In this document: positions 10,518 to 21,309 of the stretch, piece by piece | Position numbering within the stretch: the stretch's first letter is position 1 | Layout: each line of letters starts with the position of its first letter | Origin: Candidatus Bathyarchaeota archaeon | GTDB taxonomy: Archaea; Thermoproteota; Bathyarchaeia; Bathyarchaeales; Bathycorpusculaceae | Reading direction: 5' to 3' | Assembly (NCBI GenBank): GCA_963708495.1 | Contig: CAVPSS010000005.1 | Span: forward strand, 19,739 to 83,738 | DNA: 64,000 bases | Notes under the pieces: model-generated | Database searches by the model: none | What the model was told of the DNA's origin: nothing | Seen by the model: only the letters and a program-made list of their open reading frames with translations | Translations under genes and position numbers: made by a program

Positions 10518-10964
10518 TTGAATTACACTGAAGCATTCCTCGCAAGAATCTTTATACTCAGACTCCACCACGATGAAACGCTGCATGAAGTTCTAGAGGA
10601 ATTCGCAGACCAAAAAAAAGTCAAAAGCGCCCTTTGCTTTTTTCTCGGCGGTACCAAAGACAAAAGCAAAGTTGTTGTGGGACCAAAAGACGGCGACGTA
10701 ATGCCCCCAGAACCAATGGTTACCCTATTGAAAGGCGTCCATGAAGCATGCGGCATAGGCACAATCTTCACAAATGAAGAAGGTAAACCCAAACTGCATA
10801 TGCACGCGAGTTTCGGAAGAAACGACAACGCAATCACTGGCTGTGTTCGTATGGGTGTGGATGTCTGGCAAATCGGCGAAGTAGTCATTTTGGAGTTAGC
10901 TGGAGACTCCGCTAAAAGAGCCAAAAACACAGAAACAGGCTTCGAATTCCTAGAAACCTCATAA
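10518..10964 (+). CDS. PPC/DUF296 domain protein
   Basis: GIGTIF, KLHMHASFGR and GC motifs; TTG start after GAGGT. Confidence 0.82.
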   Translation: MNYTEAFLARIFILRLHHDETLHEVLEEFADQKKVKSALCFFLGGTKDKSKVVVGPKDGDVMPPEPMVTLLKGVHEACGIGTIFTNEEGKPKLHMHASFGRNDNAITGCVRMGVDVWQIGEVVILELAGDSAKRAKNTETGFEFLETS

Positions 10965-10968
10965 ATTC

Positions 10969-12552
10969 TTAACCCAGAAACCTAACTAGAAAAAGCCTGA
11001 ATCCTTTGTTGTTTTCGAATTCGCCGAAGAAAGGTCTATCCGTGGGAACATCGAATCTTCCTGTTTTATAAATTAGAGTTTGGACTTGCACATAATCTAG
11101 AGTTGTATTGAAGAAGGTTGTGTGTGGTCCCCAATCAAAAAGAATAATGTACTTGCAATTACGTTCTTGACAGAGTTTGACAAATTCTGTTATATTAAAG
11201 TTTGGAGTAAAAGCATCGACCGCCAACTCGGGGTACTGCCAAATTTGGTCTCGGGACATGTTTTGGGGCAGGTAGAAACGGAACATGTCTTGATTGAGGA
11301 GGTTGAAGGCGCAAACAAGCACCGCTGACTGATTTTGGTCAAGATGCACTGATAGGTAGTCCGTTGTCTCTTGGACGTAGATGTGAATTTGATCGCGAGC
11401 GGTCATCTGGTAAGAATCATAACTCGCATAGGCAACTGTGGAGGCTATTATCGCTATGAAGAATACAGATGCTATCTTCTTTGCTCGGTCACCCTTTATG
11501 TTCACCTGCTGGGGTTTCCACGCGTGAACTCTTCCATAAAGAAAAATAATGAAACAAGATGCTGAAATGGCCAAGATTGGAAAAAGCGGCGTAACATAAC
11601 GCCACTGTCTATTCGGAATAATCGTGAAAAACACATAAACAACAAGAAACCAGGTTAGAAAGAAAATGTCCTGTTTTTTTCTTCTGTAAGCAAACAAGCC
11701 CAAGCCACATAAGCCAAAAGCAAAAATTGGTAGAGAAATAGGGTGGACTGTTATGTCGCTGAAGGGCCAGGTCATCTCAACGAGGTAATATATGGGGATG
11801 GGTTGGAATCGGTTGCTGTAAGCTGGACGGTCTTGGCCGCCTTCACTCATTACGTATTGGAGAGTTTCAAACTTGGTTACGCCATCATAGTGGTAAATCA
11901 TCGCAAACCATGGGACGACAACCAAAACTACGATGGCAAAAATCAACAGAAACTTTGCTATGTTAAGTTTCAAGCGCTTCCTGCTTAGAAACAGAATACT
12001 CAGTATCATAGCTATGGCTGCAACTATAATCTGGTATTTTGCAAGAACACCTATACCTAAGACTAAGCCGCTCAAAAGAAGAATCTTGTAAGTATCCTTA
12101 GTAATCCACGAATAAAACGTGAACATTACAAGAGAGAAGAAGAAAATGAGCATTGTTTCTAGCATGGTTACTCTGGAAAGCCAGAAGAATCCCGGCATAG
12201 TACTCAGAAGGATGCTGGCGATCAAGGCGTTTTTTTGTCCGTAGGTTCGTTTTGTAAACTCAAAAAGAAGCACAATTGCCAGCAAAGAAAAAGTAACTGC
12301 AACCAAACGTCCAGCAATATGGTTTACTCCAAATATTTGGAAGTAGCCTGTTGTAACAATGTCAAAGATTGGCGGGTAATATCCGTAAGTAGTCATGTAA
12401 TCCCAAGTTTGGCCACGAGAAAGTAGTGTTGCCCCGTATAGATGGGGCATCTCATCCCATTGAACGGACATATAACCCAAATTATAGAGGGCAGCCACGG
12501 CGAAAATTACTAAAAAAATCAGTAACGCAGGTCGATAATGGTATTTTTCCAT
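10969..12552 (-). CDS. GT-C glycosyltransferase (ArnT/PMT family)
   Basis: WDE, YPP, GRL, LAKYQ and RYVTP motifs; multi-pass membrane protein. Confidence 0.8.
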   Translation of the reverse strand: MEKYHYRPALLIFLVIFAVAALYNLGYMSVQWDEMPHLYGATLLSRGQTWDYMTTYGYYPPIFDIVTTGYFQIFGVNHIAGRLVAVTFSLLAIVLLFEFTKRTYGQKNALIASILLSTMPGFFWLSRVTMLETMLIFFFSLVMFTFYSWITKDTYKILLLSGLVLGIGVLAKYQIIVAAIAMILSILFLSRKRLKLNIAKFLLIFAIVVLVVVPWFAMIYHYDGVTKFETLQYVMSEGGQDRPAYSNRFQPIPIYYLVEMTWPFSDITVHPISLPIFAFGLCGLGLFAYRRKKQDIFFLTWFLVVYVFFTIIPNRQWRYVTPLFPILAISASCFIIFLYGRVHAWKPQQVNIKGDRAKKIASVFFIAIIASTVAYASYDSYQMTARDQIHIYVQETTDYLSVHLDQNQSAVLVCAFNLLNQDMFRFYLPQNMSRDQIWQYPELAVDAFTPNFNITEFVKLCQERNCKYIILFDWGPHTTFFNTTLDYVQVQTLIYKTGRFDVPTDRPFFGEFENNKGFRLFLVRFLG

Positions 12553-12821
12553 GAATCTAAGCGTTACATGCCATTGACGAATTAGCTTCCTTTTGAGTCG
12601 TTGACCTAGCTTCGCTTTTTTAATTTTAGGTTGACTGCTGGTGTCAATGGTTGAGGTAATGTTTTGGCGACCCCTTCACGGAGTGAGAATTAGTTGGCTG
12701 TATCTAAAAAGAGTTTGCGATAGCTCAAAGAAAGCTGCAGTATGAATTTTTGGGGAAATACGCAATTCATTTAAGGTATAGAATCGTTTGTTTTTTCAGT
12801 TCGTTTAAGGTTGAATACGGA

Positions 12822-13547
12822 TTGAAGAATGGGGTGCCTAACAAAGAGATTTCAATTCTGCTGCCAGCATTCAACGAGGCAGGGCAGATTGAACTGTGCA
12901 TACGCAAGGTTGAAGATGCAGTCAAATCTTTTTCCAAATCTTATGAGATAATCGTTTCCGAAGACGGAAGCACCGACGGCACCGAAGTTATCGTGGCAAA
13001 ACTAGTTAAACGTAACCCCAACCTGTTTTTGCTTCATTCACCCGTCCGTTTGGGGAAAGGCAAAGGTATAAAAAACGCCCTCCGCTTTTCCAAAGGCAAA
13101 ATTATCACTTTCATGGATGTAGATTTAGCTACTGACCTTGATTGTTTACCGGCACTTTTGCAAGTGGTTAAAGAGAAGGGAGGCATGGCAATTGGGTCAA
13201 GACATGTCAAGGGTTCAAGTGTTCAACGCCGCGTCTCACGGACAATGTTTAGCTTAACTTACAACTTCTTCGTTAGGTTCCTTTTTCTTGATGGCATACA
13301 CGACCACCAATGTGGATTCAAAACTATGAGCCGACAAGTTGCAGAGGTAGTTTTGAGCAGTTCCAAGGCTGATGGCTACTTCTTTGACACAGAAATGATT
13401 GTTCGCTGTAAACAACTTGGGTATCCAGTAATTGAGGTCCCCGTGCGATGGACTGAAAAGAACAAGGGTAGCTCGAAAGTTAACCTAACTAAAGACTCAA
13501 AAAAGATAGGCATGGATATGCTGGCTTTCCGCTTCAACCTAAAATAA
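12822..13547 (+). CDS. GT2 dolichyl-phosphate glycosyltransferase-like protein
   Basis: LPAFNE, EDGSTDGT, GKGKG, FMDVD, DHQCGFK and FFDTE motifs. Confidence 0.87.
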   Translation: MKNGVPNKEISILLPAFNEAGQIELCIRKVEDAVKSFSKSYEIIVSEDGSTDGTEVIVAKLVKRNPNLFLLHSPVRLGKGKGIKNALRFSKGKIITFMDVDLATDLDCLPALLQVVKEKGGMAIGSRHVKGSSVQRRVSRTMFSLTYNFFVRFLFLDGIHDHQCGFKTMSRQVAEVVLSSSKADGYFFDTEMIVRCKQLGYPVIEVPVRWTEKNKGSSKVNLTKDSKKIGMDMLAFRFNLK

Positions 13548-13672
13548 CCAAATAAATTTTTTGCCATTTGCCTGTTGAACCGCCGCCGCACAAACGTTCG
13601 CCCCATGTTTTGCCGCCAAAAATTCCTAACAACGCAAGCACAACAATTAGCCAGATAGGCATGGCATAAAAA

Positions 13673-14356
13673 TTATAGTCCCAAAACGGCGTTGGCGAAG
13701 TTGCTTGTTCTTTTAAGCATCCGCTTTACTCTTTTTAACTCCTGTATAATGTTCAAGGAAAAAGGTACAGGTTGACCGAAGGGCTGGCAATCTCCTTCCA
13801 AGATGGCTTTTACTATGGTTTCAATGCTGGGGTCAGTCACTTCTATTATAGTGTAGCAATAGCCGATTTGGGGACCATAATGAGCGTCAGTTCCCGCTAC
13901 GCCCGAAAGCCCAAACCGCTCAGCTGTTTGGGTAGCTTTTTTTACGCTTTTTTTGAACGGGAATGCCCTGGCATTAATGATTTCGATTGCATCAAAAGTT
14001 TCGCAAATGTTTTCTTTTAGGCTGCCTTTGAAAGATGCATATGGGTGGCATGCGATCGCGATTCCACCTGCCTCGTGGATTCGTTCCACGGTTTCAACCG
14101 CGCTGAACCCTTTTGGGACAAGTTCTTTGACATTGAGCGCCACAATATGCCCGTCAGCACTGGAGACTTCCATGCCTGGGATAACGAGGAAATTGGTTTC
14201 TTTGGCGATTTTGAATGCACCCTCGAGTTGGTTGTGGTCGGTAACGGCTACAGCATTTAAGCCGCGTTTCTTGGCATAGTAAACGAGGTCCTTGGGTGTT
14301 ATCAGTGAATCTTTTGAGTATGTTGTGTGAACGTGTAGATCGATTTTTAGCTGCAT
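13673..14356 (-). CDS. PHP-domain metallohydrolase
   Basis: DLHVHT, TDHN, GMEVS, HP and GTDAH motifs. Confidence 0.87.
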   Translation of the reverse strand: MQLKIDLHVHTTYSKDSLITPKDLVYYAKKRGLNAVAVTDHNQLEGAFKIAKETNFLVIPGMEVSSADGHIVALNVKELVPKGFSAVETVERIHEAGGIAIACHPYASFKGSLKENICETFDAIEIINARAFPFKKSVKKATQTAERFGLSGVAGTDAHYGPQIGYCYTIIEVTDPSIETIVKAILEGDCQPFGQPVPFSLNIIQELKRVKRMLKRTSNFANAVLGL

Positions 14357-14366
14357 TAGTTAGCCT

Positions 14367-16061
14367 CTATTTTGGAGGTGTCTTCTTTCGTAACTGAGTT
14401 AGGTTTTCTTCAAGTTTTGCTTCGTCTGATTCGATTTTGTGGAATAGTGGTGTGGATTTAGCGATTTTGTGGCCTGCTTCTATCGGTTTTAAGGCATCGT
14501 TCCAGTTGTTTTCTTTCACTGTGCCAGAGAGGTTGAGTGTTTGCCAAAGTTGCTGTGCAGTCTGTGGCATGAAAGGTTCTGAAACTACGGCGATAGCCTT
14601 AACGACCTGAGCTGCCACGTAAAATATGGTTCCAGCTCGCTCCTTATCGGTCTTCATTAGGTTCCAGGGTTCCTTGGTATTTAGATACTGATTGCCAATA
14701 CGGCTTATACCGATGAGCGTGTTGGCAGCGGACTGTAACCATGAATCCTCAATTTCTTTGGCCGCTTGTGCCACTTTCTCTTTTATGACCTGCAGTAAGG
14801 TTTCGTCGTCTTTGTCGAGTTTGGTTGGAGCTGGAATTTGCCCCTCGAATTTGCTATTGATGAAAGAAAGGGTTCGGTGGATGAAGTTGCCGAATGTGTC
14901 GTTGAGATCAGAGTTAATTTTCTCCATAAATGCGGTCCAGGTGAAGTTGGTATCTTTGCTCTCTGGCCTTGTGGCGATGAGGAAGAAACGCCAGTAATCA
15001 ACTGGGAACATGTCTAAGGCTTCATCTATCCATATTCCGACGCGTTGGCTTTTGGAAGCTTTCTGGCCTTTAAACTGAAGGAATTCGGTTGCGGAAACAT
15101 TCCAGGGTAGATTGTAGCCTTGACCTGAAGCTAACAAAAGCGCTGGCAAAATTATAGTATGAAATGGAATGTTGTCTTTACCAACGAAGTAAAGCGTTTT
15201 GGCCTTATTGTCGAACCAGAACTCTCGCCACTTCTCAGGCTGCCCCAAACGCCGACACTGTTCAATTGTTGCGGAAACATAACCTAAAACTGCATCTACC
15301 CAAACGTAGATGGTTTTATCCTCTGCCCCTCCAAACGGCGCCGGAATGCCCCATTCAATGTCTCGAGTGACCGCTCTAGGTTTTAAGCCTTCTTTTATCC
15401 AGTTTAAACTGAAGTTTTTGACGTTTGTGGGCAACTGCTGGTTTTCTTTAAGGTATTTTGTTAGAGGTTCGGTGAGTTTGGAGAGGTCAATGTACCAGTG
15501 TCGAGTAGTTTTCACAGTAGGCTTGCTTTTGCATATGACACAGTACGGTTCCAACAGTAAAGATGGCTCCAAAAGTTTGCCGCATATGTCGCATTGGTCA
15601 CCGCGGGCTTTCTCGCAGCCGCAGTAAGGGCATTTGCCTTCTACGAAGCGGTCAGGTAAGAACCGTTGGTCATGTTCGCAGTAGAGCATTTGAGCGTCTT
15701 GCTCAAAGATATACCCGTTCTTCTGAATTTCAAGAAGGGTTTTCTGGACGAATTCTTTGTGGATCGAACTCTCCGTACTTGTGTAATTGTCAAAAGAAGC
15801 ATCCCATCGCTGAAAAAGCTCTACGACTTTGGCGTGGTTGCGTTCAGTTAATTCCTTTGGTTTGATGCCCTGTTTGATGGCTTCCACTTCTATTGGGGTG
15901 CCATGTGTATCAGAACCGCTTACCATCAAAACATCACAGCCTTTTAATCTATAATAACGGGCTGTAACATCGGCGGATAGGACTGAGCCGACAAGGTTGC
16001 CCAGATGTGGGGTAACGTTGATGTATGGCCAAGCAGACGTAACAAGAACTTTTTCAGACAA
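14367..16061 (-). CDS. metG: methionine--tRNA ligase
   Basis: SAWPYINVTPHLGN, two Zn knuckles, YVWVDA, GKDNIPFH and KASKS; start approximate (TTG 16061). Confidence 0.95.
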   Translation of the reverse strand: MSEKVLVTSAWPYINVTPHLGNLVGSVLSADVTARYYRLKGCDVLMVSGSDTHGTPIEVEAIKQGIKPKELTERNHAKVVELFQRWDASFDNYTSTESSIHKEFVQKTLLEIQKNGYIFEQDAQMLYCEHDQRFLPDRFVEGKCPYCGCEKARGDQCDICGKLLEPSLLLEPYCVICKSKPTVKTTRHWYIDLSKLTEPLTKYLKENQQLPTNVKNFSLNWIKEGLKPRAVTRDIEWGIPAPFGGAEDKTIYVWVDAVLGYVSATIEQCRRLGQPEKWREFWFDNKAKTLYFVGKDNIPFHTIILPALLLASGQGYNLPWNVSATEFLQFKGQKASKSQRVGIWIDEALDMFPVDYWRFFLIATRPESKDTNFTWTAFMEKINSDLNDTFGNFIHRTLSFINSKFEGQIPAPTKLDKDDETLLQVIKEKVAQAAKEIEDSWLQSAANTLIGISRIGNQYLNTKEPWNLMKTDKERAGTIFYVAAQVVKAIAVVSEPFMPQTAQQLWQTLNLSGTVKENNWNDALKPIEAGHKIAKSTPLFHKIESDEAKLEENLTQLRKKTPPK

Positions 16062-16457
16062 AGGTATCACATCAACAAATCGTTCAGTGCCAACCTTATT
16101 AAAATTCCTATAACACAGCGAATGAAAAAAATGCAATTGTTTTAGAAAAGGGCAGAATATTTAGCCCTCCAAATATGTAGTCGATATAATTCAATAAAGG
16201 TGAGGAAACTAAAACAGTAACTATTGAAGATGATTGACTTTCTGTGACCTCTATGACGAATCAAAACCCAGTCTGCAAAAGCCACAAGTCTTTTGTTAAA
16301 TCAGTAACCCCCAAAAAAATTGTACTGCAGCAAAACTAACGATTTTTTTGTCAGGCGGTAAATTATGTAATCCTTTCAAACACAAATAAAATAGACTAAA
16401 CGTGATTTTGGTAAGCCTTAAATTTGCAAGGCTAATACCCTGTAACTTGAGGTTTCA

Positions 16458-17528
16458 GTGTTGCCATTTTGTCGTAGATGCGGAACCAAACTTGACGACT
16501 TTGCAAGTTTCTGCCAGAAGTGTGGAACTCCAGTTGTAACGTTTGCTCCTGTGGAGCCAGCAAAACCAGATAGGCCGTTGAGAAGTGAGCCGTTAGTGAT
16601 AGCTGCAATGTTATTAATCGCGATTTTAGTCGCAGCGGTAATTGTGAGTGCCATAATTTTTGCTCCATTCTCACCAATTAGCTTTAGCCAAACAAACCAA
16701 GACAGCCACTCCGGCGTAAATACTCTTAACCTAAACTTCCAAGCTAACACTGCACAAGTAACCATAGTAACCCAAAACATTAACAACCAAAATATACTTA
16801 TCAATACTTCTGCCGATGGTTTCAGAAGTATATTTGGCTCAACCAAACCAATTGAGGTAACCTTCACCAACCAAACCGCAGGTAACGCTTTAACAATCAA
16901 CATGAAAGTAACTGAGGGAAACGAGTTTCCTACAACAGGAACCCTTCATTTAACCTGTTCCATCTATGTTAACCCAGCCCTAAAACTAAACATTAACGTA
17001 ATCACTCAAGCTGGATCAATCTCCTTGATTTCGGAGAAATCTGCGACTTTTCAGTCATTAAACCTTCACGCAAATACAGGTGAGGTTGAGGCAAACCTAC
17101 AAAATGTTACTGTTGCAGGGGATGTGTCTCTTAATACTAAAGCTGGAACAGTTAATTTTGGTGTTCGCCAAGCAACTGTTCTAGGCAATCAAACGGTTAC
17201 TTTGCATTCAAATGCAGGCTCAGTAGGAATGGATATGACTCTAGCCAAAACGTTGCAGGGAAACCTAAATGTAAATGCTGTTACTGAGTTGGGTTCAGTA
17301 AACGTTGTTTTACAAATCGAGGGCGACATTGGAGCTAAAATCATTTCACAAACCAATCTTGGAAACATACATTTGGATGTTCAGCATTTTTCAGGTAACC
17401 AATCATCAATTCAATCTGACAATTACCCAGCAGGAAGCAGTATCGAAGTAAACAGCAGATCAAACTTAGGCAGCATTAACATAAGCGCTGTTTACCAATC
17501 TTCAAATGGAACCATCGTGAGAAACTGA
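16458..17528 (+). CDS. zinc-ribbon + TM + beta-repeat (DUF4097/adhesin-like) protein
   Basis: FCRRCG...FCQKCG, one TM segment, then repeated TxAGS/V beta units. Confidence 0.7.
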   Translation: MLPFCRRCGTKLDDFASFCQKCGTPVVTFAPVEPAKPDRPLRSEPLVIAAMLLIAILVAAVIVSAIIFAPFSPISFSQTNQDSHSGVNTLNLNFQANTAQVTIVTQNINNQNILINTSADGFRSIFGSTKPIEVTFTNQTAGNALTINMKVTEGNEFPTTGTLHLTCSIYVNPALKLNINVITQAGSISLISEKSATFQSLNLHANTGEVEANLQNVTVAGDVSLNTKAGTVNFGVRQATVLGNQTVTLHSNAGSVGMDMTLAKTLQGNLNVNAVTELGSVNVVLQIEGDIGAKIISQTNLGNIHLDVQHFSGNQSSIQSDNYPAGSSIEVNSRSNLGSINISAVYQSSNGTIVRN

Positions 17529-17589
17529 TTTTTTTTAAGTCCTGAAAACATTTAAAGCTAACTTTATACTTTTAGAAAGTGAAGGAAAG

Positions 17590-17838
17590 GTGAATTTTTT
17601 GTCAGAACAAAAAAAGATAACTCGCCAAGAACTAACTCAGAATAATGGGAAAAATGGTAACCCGGCTTACTTTTCTTATCAGGGTAAAGTCTATGAAGTC
17701 ACGGATAGTAGTTTTTGGATGGACGGAGAGCACATGGGAATGCATGATTCAGGCAAGGACTTAACAGAAGAACTTGACATGGCTCCGCACCGCGAAGAAA
17801 CTTTCAAGAGAGTAAAGTTTGTCGGGAATCTAGTTTAA
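17590..17838 (+). CDS. cytochrome b5-like heme/steroid-binding protein
   Basis: NGKNG, GKVYEVT, W..GEHMGMHDSGKDLT..APH motifs. Confidence 0.82.
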   Translation: MNFLSEQKKITRQELTQNNGKNGNPAYFSYQGKVYEVTDSSFWMDGEHMGMHDSGKDLTEELDMAPHREETFKRVKFVGNLV

Positions 17839-17843
17839 CGTCG

Positions 17844-19094
17844 CTAAAAGATGCATTGCAGCACGCTATCAACTTTTTTCAAGGTATTCAACAAGTTTAT
17901 TATTTCTTTCGGACTTAGAGATTTGCGTATAGCATGAAGCTTCATGATTGTTTCGGTTAAGCAATCAAAAGCCGTTTTCACATCTAAGTCATTATTCATG
18001 TAACTTTCAAAATCTGAGATAATTTTGCTGATAATTCCTTCTTGCCTTTCAGTTTGGTCGAATGTTTTTGTATTTTGCAATTCGGAAACCATTTTCTTTA
18101 AAGAATCAAGTTTCTGAGTTGTCTGCACAAACTTGTCTAATGTGAAGTTTAGTTTTTTTCTGTAAGGACTATAGATCAAAAAGAACCTTAACTGGCTGCC
18201 GCTGAAGCCTTTGGCAATAAGCTCACTTGGGTAATACACATTGCCCTTGCTTTTAGACATTTTTTCGCCCTCTACAAATAAGTGTCCCCCATGAAGCCAA
18301 TATCTTGAGAGCTGTTTTCCTGAAACTGCCTCCGTAACGGCAAGTGTGTAGTCGTGGTGCCTGACCAAATTGTCGATTCCACCGCATCCAACATCAACCG
18401 TGAATCCAAATTGTTTTGTGACAATTGCAGCGTCTTGAATGTTCCATGCAGGCCGACCGCTTCCAATAGGCGTTGGGTAGCACACATCCCCTTGTTTGTG
18501 GCCATGCCAGAGCACAAAATCACCCTTGTTCCAGGGCGTACCCGGGTAAGTATCTTTGTGGAAGCGACGTTTTTTCCTTGGCCATTTGCTAATGTCAAGA
18601 TGAGCGATTTTTCCAAAACCCTTGAATCTTACTGGATCAAAATAGACGTTTTTTTCACCATTATGATTGTAAAAGTAGGCATAACCTGAATCTAATAGTT
18701 TAGAAATAAGATTTACCGCTTGATCTACCGCCGCAGATGCCCTCACTGGGTAATCAGGTTTTTTGATTTTCAATAGTTCGAAGTCTTTAAAAAAAACCGA
18801 TTCGTTTTTTTGTGTCATTTCTTCTACGGTCAGTTTTTCTTTTTTTGCTTGTTCAATAGCTTTGTCTTCAACGTCGGTCAGAGTTATCAGGCGCTTTACG
18901 TTGTAACCTAAGTATTCCATGTAACGTTGAAGAATGTCCTCGAAAAGGAATGTGCGGTAGTTTCCAATATGTGCAGGTTGATAGGTTGATGGTCCGCAAG
19001 TGTACATTTTAACCTGCATGTCTTCTTCAGATGTGAAAGGTTCGGTTTTCAGTGTTAGCGTATTGTATAGGTTGAGCAATTGTTGGTTCTCCAC
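17844..19094 (-). CDS. cysteinyl-tRNA synthetase paralog with divergent active site
   Basis: YTCGPSTY..AHIGN, TDVEDK, DFVLW, GRPAWNIQD, HHD and KMSKS; short C-terminus. Confidence 0.8.
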   Translation of the reverse strand: MENQQLLNLYNTLTLKTEPFTSEEDMQVKMYTCGPSTYQPAHIGNYRTFLFEDILQRYMEYLGYNVKRLITLTDVEDKAIEQAKKEKLTVEEMTQKNESVFFKDFELLKIKKPDYPVRASAAVDQAVNLISKLLDSGYAYFYNHNGEKNVYFDPVRFKGFGKIAHLDISKWPRKKRRFHKDTYPGTPWNKGDFVLWHGHKQGDVCYPTPIGSGRPAWNIQDAAIVTKQFGFTVDVGCGGIDNLVRHHDYTLAVTEAVSGKQLSRYWLHGGHLFVEGEKMSKSKGNVYYPSELIAKGFSGSQLRFFLIYSPYRKKLNFTLDKFVQTTQKLDSLKKMVSELQNTKTFDQTERQEGIISKIISDFESYMNNDLDVKTAFDCLTETIMKLHAIRKSLSPKEIINLLNTLKKVDSVLQCIF

Positions 19095-19571
19095 TTACGC
19101 AGTGCTATTTTCTTCTTTCTCTATTTCCAATAAGGCTTTCTTTGCTTCTTCCACATGCTTCTGCGCCTGGGTTTGGGAATTGAAAATGTGGCGAACCATG
19201 CCTTTCTTGTCGATAATATAAGTGACTCGCCCAGGAATTATACCCATGCTTGAAGGGACGCCGTAAAGTCCCCTGATATTGTTGCCTTCATCGCTGAGAA
19301 GAATAAACGGCAATCCATAATGGCTGGCAAAGGATATGTGGGATTCTACACTTTGACCACTTACGCCAATCACTTCAGCATCCAACTTGGTTAGTTCTTC
19401 ATATTTATCTCTAAAAGTACATGCTTCTTTTGTGCAACCTGTTGTTTCATCCTTTGGGTAAAAATATAAAACCACATTTTTTTTGCCAAAAAACTCTGAA
19501 AGGCTCACATTGTCACCCATTTGAGAGGGAAGCGTGAATTCAGGTGCTTTATCGCCTACTTTAACTGTCAA
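19095..19571 (-). CDS. bcp: peroxiredoxin BCP/PrxQ
   Basis: [20 protein letters not shown] and RVTYIID motifs. Confidence 0.9.
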   Translation of the reverse strand: MTVKVGDKAPEFTLPSQMGDNVSLSEFFGKKNVVLYFYPKDETTGCTKEACTFRDKYEELTKLDAEVIGVSGQSVESHISFASHYGLPFILLSDEGNNIRGLYGVPSSMGIIPGRVTYIIDKKGMVRHIFNSQTQAQKHVEEAKKALLEIEKEENSTA

Positions 19572-19665
19572 AAAATCACCAGGTAAGAATGGCTTTTTAG
19601 AGCTATTATTCTTTTCGCAAAACCGAATTAAATGTTATAAGAGGCTTCGTGCATCCCAAATATAG

Positions 19666-20277
19666 GTGAGTTTGGCTTTGGAGAAAATATTAAACGTTGC
19701 GGGCTATAAGTGCCCAGCTTTGTACTCCACTTCATCCGGTCTTCCAATTGTTTTTCTTCATGGTTTATCTTATACCGCCGAAATTTGGCAAAGAATAAGT
19801 GTCTTGGATTTATTAAGGAAAAAAAATGTGCCTTTTTTGGCTTTGGATATGCCTTACGGTTTAAAGAGTCAATGCCAACCTAAAACCCGCAGCCCAGAAA
19901 AAAACATAGCTTACGTGAATGAAGCAGTCAAAGTGTTGTTTGATAACGTTGTGCCAGTTCTTGTGGGTGCTAGTATAGGTGGCAATATGGCGCTTAGATA
20001 TGCAGCCAAATTTCCAGTGAAGGGTTTATTGCTTGTTGGACCTGCAAGGGTCCTTGAATCGGACTTAGTTGAGATTTATAGCAAGTTTAAGTTTTCAACA
20101 ACCATTATTTGGGGTTCAGAAGACACAATTATTGCAAGTGAGGATATGCGGGCTTTGGCTGACAAATTGCCAAATGCAAAACTCATAGTATACGAGGGGG
20201 CAGGTCACTCTGCCTACAAGGATCAACCGGATAATTTTAAACACGATTTACTTGAGCTCTACGCGAACGCGGAGTAA
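19666..20277 (+). CDS. alpha/beta hydrolase
   Basis: FLHG, GASIGG, WGSED and AGH motifs. Confidence 0.85.
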   Translation: MSLALEKILNVAGYKCPALYSTSSGLPIVFLHGLSYTAEIWQRISVLDLLRKKNVPFLALDMPYGLKSQCQPKTRSPEKNIAYVNEAVKVLFDNVVPVLVGASIGGNMALRYAAKFPVKGLLLVGPARVLESDLVEIYSKFKFSTTIIWGSEDTIIASEDMRALADKLPNAKLIVYEGAGHSAYKDQPDNFKHDLLELYANAE

Positions 20278-20282
20278 CTCTG

Positions 20283-20837
20283 TTATGGTTTTGCAGTGAC
20301 AATGTAATGGTAAGGACCAATACTTCTAATATCTACAATTGTGAAACCTGCAGAACACAACAAACCTGATGCCTTTTCCTCGCTGAACCTTATTGCAACT
20401 GGCGGACCAAATGGCATGTCCAATTTTTTCCAATCCAAATCAATTAGTTGCCCATTTGCTTTTATCATCTGTTTCGCGTTTTTGAGCACTTTGGCTGGGT
20501 CAGAGAAATCATGCAGATCCATGCCGTAAAAAATAAAGTCGGCACATCCATTGCAAAAAACTGTGTCCTCAGCTTTTCCCACTTTGGCAACTATGTTCTT
20601 TAATCCTTCAGCTTCAGCTTTTTGCTTGAGTTTTTGAATCGCTGAAGAGTCAATGTCCACAGCAAAGACTTTTCCATTTTCCCCCACTTTTTTAGCGGCT
20701 AAAATACTAAAGAATCCTTCGCCGCAACCTATGTCCAAAAAAACCATACCTGAACGTAGGTTATGGAAGACGGCTTCGGGACTGTACCATGACCGTCTTG
20801 TTGCCTCATCGAGGCTAAATCCTCCATGGCAACCCAT
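20283..20837 (-). CDS. class I SAM-dependent methyltransferase
   Basis: LDIGCGEG, VFAVDID and DW..FGPP motifs. Confidence 0.85.
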   Translation of the reverse strand: MGCHGGFSLDEATRRSWYSPEAVFHNLRSGMVFLDIGCGEGFFSILAAKKVGENGKVFAVDIDSSAIQKLKQKAEAEGLKNIVAKVGKAEDTVFCNGCADFIFYGMDLHDFSDPAKVLKNAKQMIKANGQLIDLDWKKLDMPFGPPVAIRFSEEKASGLLCSAGFTIVDIRSIGPYHYIVTAKP

Positions 20838-20839
20838 GG

Positions 20840-21151
20840 CTAAAAACCAGCTGTCTTTGGTTGGAGAAGTTCTCTGATTTGTTTTTCGTGTGTTTGCCTT
20901 GTGGTTAAGGGGTAGATTTCACGTTCAGAATCAAAGAACATAGGGTCTTGTCCAATTATTTTGGAGAGTTTTTCGTCTGAGTCTACGTTGACAATAAGCA
21001 TATTGCCTTGTTGTCCGATAAGGTGATAGGTGACTTCAAGTGTTTTTTCTTTTTCCATTTTCTCAAAGTATTTAAATTGTAGAGGAAGTAGTTTTGCCCA
21101 TTTTTCGATTGGGACGTCGCGTTTGATTTTTTGGATAATTAAAAATTTCAA
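20840..21151 (-). CDS. muconolactone-isomerase-like dimeric alpha/beta barrel protein
   Basis: MKFL start, IVNVDSDEKL..DP..EIYPL pattern. Confidence 0.55.
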   Translation of the reverse strand: MKFLIIQKIKRDVPIEKWAKLLPLQFKYFEKMEKEKTLEVTYHLIGQQGNMLIVNVDSDEKLSKIIGQDPMFFDSEREIYPLTTRQTHEKQIRELLQPKTAGF

Positions 21152-21309
21152 GTTTATCCCTGATTAGAGAATGTCTGTTTAAGGTATAAAATCTTTATTA
21201 AAAAAAATTTAATGCTTAAATGTGAAAAGATTAAAACTTAATTAAGAATTAGTTAAGAGTTATTTTTTAGGTTGAGTGATTGTTAATAGCAACAACAAGG
21301 CTGACAGAT

